DNA from: Macrostomum hystrix
Lineage: Eukaryota > Animalia > Platyhelminthes
Reading direction: 5' to 3'
NCBI GenBank assembly: GCA_950097015.1
Contig: CATNEN010000038.1
Location: forward strand, 34,720,001-34,784,000
DNA: 64,000 nucleotides
Positions 60,901-64,000 of this stretch are shown here, piece by piece. The translations under genes were made by a program, and so were the position numbers. Each line of letters opens with the position of its first letter. Within the stretch, counting starts at the first letter, position 1. Under the pieces are notes generated by a model. It made no database searches. It had not been told where the DNA came from and was given only the letters and a program-made list of their open reading frames with translations.

Positions 60901-61413
60901 GTGAGAATAACTGATCTACCGATTCCCCATAGATAGATGCAGTTACATAACTAGAATTAGTCATGTTTACCTGATTGGTTGTTGGTCTATTGGTTATTGG
61001 ACGGTGCAAAACTCGTGTTTTTCCTTAATTTTAGTGTTAGATCAACACTCTCGTACAAAATGCACACAGAGACACAGAAAGGCGCATTCTCCTGAACTCC
61101 ACAAAAAGTACAATAAAATACAGCCAAATTCAAATGCTACTAACATTATTCACTCTCTAAGATAAGATCTCTTATATGTTTCGCAGCTCTGCAGGGCGAG
61201 CTGTTTCCAGAAGACCAGGTTGGCGCATTCGCCTCGTTCAAAGTCTGGGAATCTCTAGGCTACATCATCGGGTTCGCCTACAGCACCGTACTGTGCACCC
61301 GACACAAACTGATGGTGATGATTGGCCTACTTGTGATCAGCCTTGTGTGCTTCACAGTCCACAATGTCTGGCGGCGGCGGATACTAAAACTTCAAGTTGC
61401 TCCTGTGAAGTGA
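57963..61413 (+). CDS. UNC93A: UNC-93-like MFS membrane protein, 6 exons, ~465 aa
   Basis: Exons 57963-58452, 58518-58690, 59239-59478, 59554-59689, 60769-60900, 61187-61413 total 1398 nt. QSSINAEQGLGTASL, APLWA, WGNLI, CGSRFC, VGFVMMCYG, DAVWNSQ and VWESLGY are UNC-93 motifs. The exon 3 acceptor is a weak AAG. Confidence 0.9.
58765..59085. repeat. GC-rich 23-bp minisatellite (GGGATTTGTGGGCTGCGCCACCG)n, UNC93A intron 2
   Basis: About 13 units. Confidence 0.95.
59797..60086 (+). mobile_element. SINE family A copy in UNC93A intron 4
   Basis: Head and body match the family; 3' end diverged. Confidence 0.88.
60455..60692 (+). mobile_element. SINE family B (CORE-SINE) diverged copy in UNC93A intron 4
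   Basis: GGTTCGATT..TGTCCTTTAGCAAGACACTT..CTGTTAAATGGG..GGGGCAGGTG. Confidence 0.85.
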
Positions 61414-61527
61414 TGCACTTGTTTATTATTATTATTATTAATAAAGAGCATAGAAAATATTTACAAGATATCTAGCTGCAACCCTGAGTTGAGACGAACT
61501 CTATAACCATAAGTTTGCTTGCAAACA

Positions 61528-61842
61528 GAGGTTGTAGCCTAGTGGTTAGGGCGTCGGACTCACGACTTAAAGGTCGGGGGTTCGATTCCCGACTCCACTG
61601 AAACAATTTGCGTCCTTTAGCAAGACACTTAACTCTGCATTGCTTCAGTTCACCCAGCTGTTAAATGGGTACCAGCATCAGCTGGGGTAATTGAAGGTGG
61701 GTGTGGCGTCCCCCCAGTCCGTGGACTGAGCAGCTGTACGCAGCCTTCAGATGCACCGCGCATTAGCTGCGGCTGTGCTGTCGGCTGCACATCTGACCCA
61801 ATTGGGGCAGGTGTAATCAATTATTATTAATTATTATTATTA
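61528..61842 (+). mobile_element. SINE family B, full-length tRNA-derived CORE-SINE
   Basis: A box TAGCCTAGTGG, B box GTTCGATTCC, CORE-like GTCCTTTAGCAAGACACTTAACTCTGCATTGCTTCAGTTCACCCAGCTGTTAAATGGG, (ATT)n tail, TSD TTGCTTGCAAA at 61515 and 61843. Confidence 0.9.
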
Positions 61843-64000
61843 TTGCTTGCAAAACACGACGAACTGTGCAGTGACGTCTCAAATAGAAGTTCATAACGAG
61901 GTTCAATTCTTATTTAAGTGTAGTTGGAATTAGTATAGCCCCGCCCATTCAAATGTCAAAAAGATAACTTCAGGGAAAAGTATTTATTTCGCGTTCTTTA
62001 CTTGCAGAAGATGATATTACAGAGATATCCAAATCTCATATTATAGAGATTGCAGTGTCACTGTTTCAAACTTCTATTTAAATTTATGACAACAAAAAAC
62101 TCATGCGTTCATTGTTTTAAAACGATTTTTGCTTTATTTTGTTCCCATTTATTAGAATAATTTTCAACTTCTCGAACTTGAATTCCCTCTGAAATCAATT
62201 CCAACTTTACAAAATAACAAAATTATAACAAAAGTGACAACCAACGAACTGTCACCTTAAAGTCCGCTATAGCAAGAGTGACACCCCAAGAACTGTCACC
62301 TCAAAGTCCACCATCGCAAGAGTGACACCCCACAAATAGAGTGAACTATTCTAGGGCGTGTTCATTGCGATCGGATTCACATAGAACTTTTGTCTTCTGA
62401 CAACAGGAAGCCGTTTTTTGTTTAGAATAAAAGTGCTAAGTGTACTACTCGTAAGTAAGTATGAATATGCGATAATCTGATAAAAAATAATCGAGTAATC
62501 GAGTATTTATAGACTAAACTCTTAAAACACAGTCAAGTGAATGCTACACTCTATTCAATGATGGCCATGGTCTGATAGTTTTAGCGATAAATGCCACAGA
62601 AGTTTCCGTCTTGGAAAGCAGATTATAGCTAGGCCCTCGAGCCACTTAAACGCAAAACGTAAGACATAAATGGCCTAGCAATGAGGCCACTTCTAAGAAA
62701 AATTCTAAAGAAGAAAGGACTCAAAAACAGGAGAAAGAAAAACGACAGTTTGGCCGTGGCTGCTTTTTGTGACATAGCCTATATGCACACCCTCAGATGA
62801 CTGTACGTGAACACCACCAGATTAATGTACAGACACTCAGATTATGACGAAGTTTCGGTCCCAATGTATAGGCGTAGCGGTTCGGTCTATTTGAATAGCA
62901 GTAAGGTAAATTATTATTCGGCAGTAAATTGGGTCTTCAAATAACGAGATCGCTTAACGGTGAATGCTGGCTATATGACTTAGAGATATGTTAGATGAAT
63001 CAAGATTCACTTGAAAGCAGTTACGGCTACAGTTGAAATTAGCCACACTTAAATAATAGGCAGCACTCAGTCGTAGAACCAGAACCAGGCACGGGGGAAG
63101 ATCTTCCCGGAAAGGCCTAATTAGAACATTTGAATACGACTTTCATTATATTTCATTATAAAACAAATTCATTATAAATATTCATGTAAAACCAAAGAAA
63201 TATCTCTAACAATTATATCTAACGAAAATAATGTACATAATTCTAACTAGCATATTAAAATTACATTAAATTAGAGAGACAACGTCACAAGATGACTGTA
63301 CACTCGTTAGCTGGCTCAGAAGCACTGTGTAACGCTTGATTTAGTGGCTGGCAGCTACACGCCGATGGTGATGCCCAGTCCGCCGCCAACAAAAGACTAT
63401 TCTCTTGTCTATAGGGGAAATCTCGATCAGACTCCTCCCTTGTCTATTGGAAAAATCGAATATCCTCTCTCTTGTCTATATATAGGGGAAATCTCAGACT
63501 CTTCTGTATATTCGGGCAATCCAAAACTCTCGCATGTCTATGTTAGTTATAAAAAACTTTCAGTTTTAACATCCAACAGAAAGTTTAAATCCTTTCTAAG
63601 TTAGTTACATGAATTAATTTAGCTATATTTTTAGATATACTATTTTCGAGGACATGTTTTTAGAGACGCATTGAATAATAACTTTATATATAAATGATAA
63701 CGCAGCTATTCGCTTTAAATCATATTTATGATGCTGAGCAATCTAACTAGTTGTTTCATTTTACTTTTTCGTCTTCCCTGAAAATTCCAGATAATCGCAG
63801 TTCGTAATATCGGTAAAAGTGATTGTGCACTTTTGTCTGTCTGTACCTTATTTGTAGGACAGAAGTAATGCATATTTCAATGCCATATTATACTATACTA
63901 TCACAGGGGCTATACCAGGAGCAAGCTAGAAGGACTTACTCTTACGTAGTATAAAATATAGCTGATTATACAGAACAAAAAACAAAAGTATCGATTCCAT

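Noticed and set aside
61528-61600. tRNA gene (also at the family A heads)
   Set aside because: A and B boxes are present but run into a SINE body with tail and TSD; no complete cloverleaf.
63344-63604. 86-aa ORF near the window end
   Set aside because: Non-ATG start, overlaps a degenerate CTCTTGTCTATAGGGGAAATCTC repeat, and has no recognisable motif.

Overview
Animal genomic DNA, gene-dense, with GT-AG introns. The CAG/poly-Q-rich coding style and minisatellite-filled introns suggest a free-living flatworm such as Macrostomum; this is inference, not proven. I rebuilt ten protein-coding genes by hand, checking phase at every splice junction: the 3' part of RAB3GAP2 (+), ULK1/2-Atg1 (-), an orphan single-pass membrane protein (+), a tandem DUF1330-like protein (-), an intronless CLK/LAMMER kinase (-), a ~1457-aa multi-zinc-finger protein (+), an orphan 223-aa protein (-), two divergent DEG/ENaC channel paralogues and UNC93A (+). 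Non-coding DNA holds about 20 different minisatellites, most confined to one intron, two tRNA-derived SINE families (one a CORE-SINE), a hAT MITE carrying a satellite, and an inverted pair of TA-flanked MITEs. Most long repetitive ORFs in the track are artefacts of these arrays. Best leads: one private minisatellite per intron, a stop-free in-frame satellite intron in RAB3GAP2, four RFX X-boxes (three upstream of the orphan genes or the DEG/ENaC pair), and a spliced protein of the mostly bacterial DUF1330 family. No database searches were run; family calls rest on recalled motifs.
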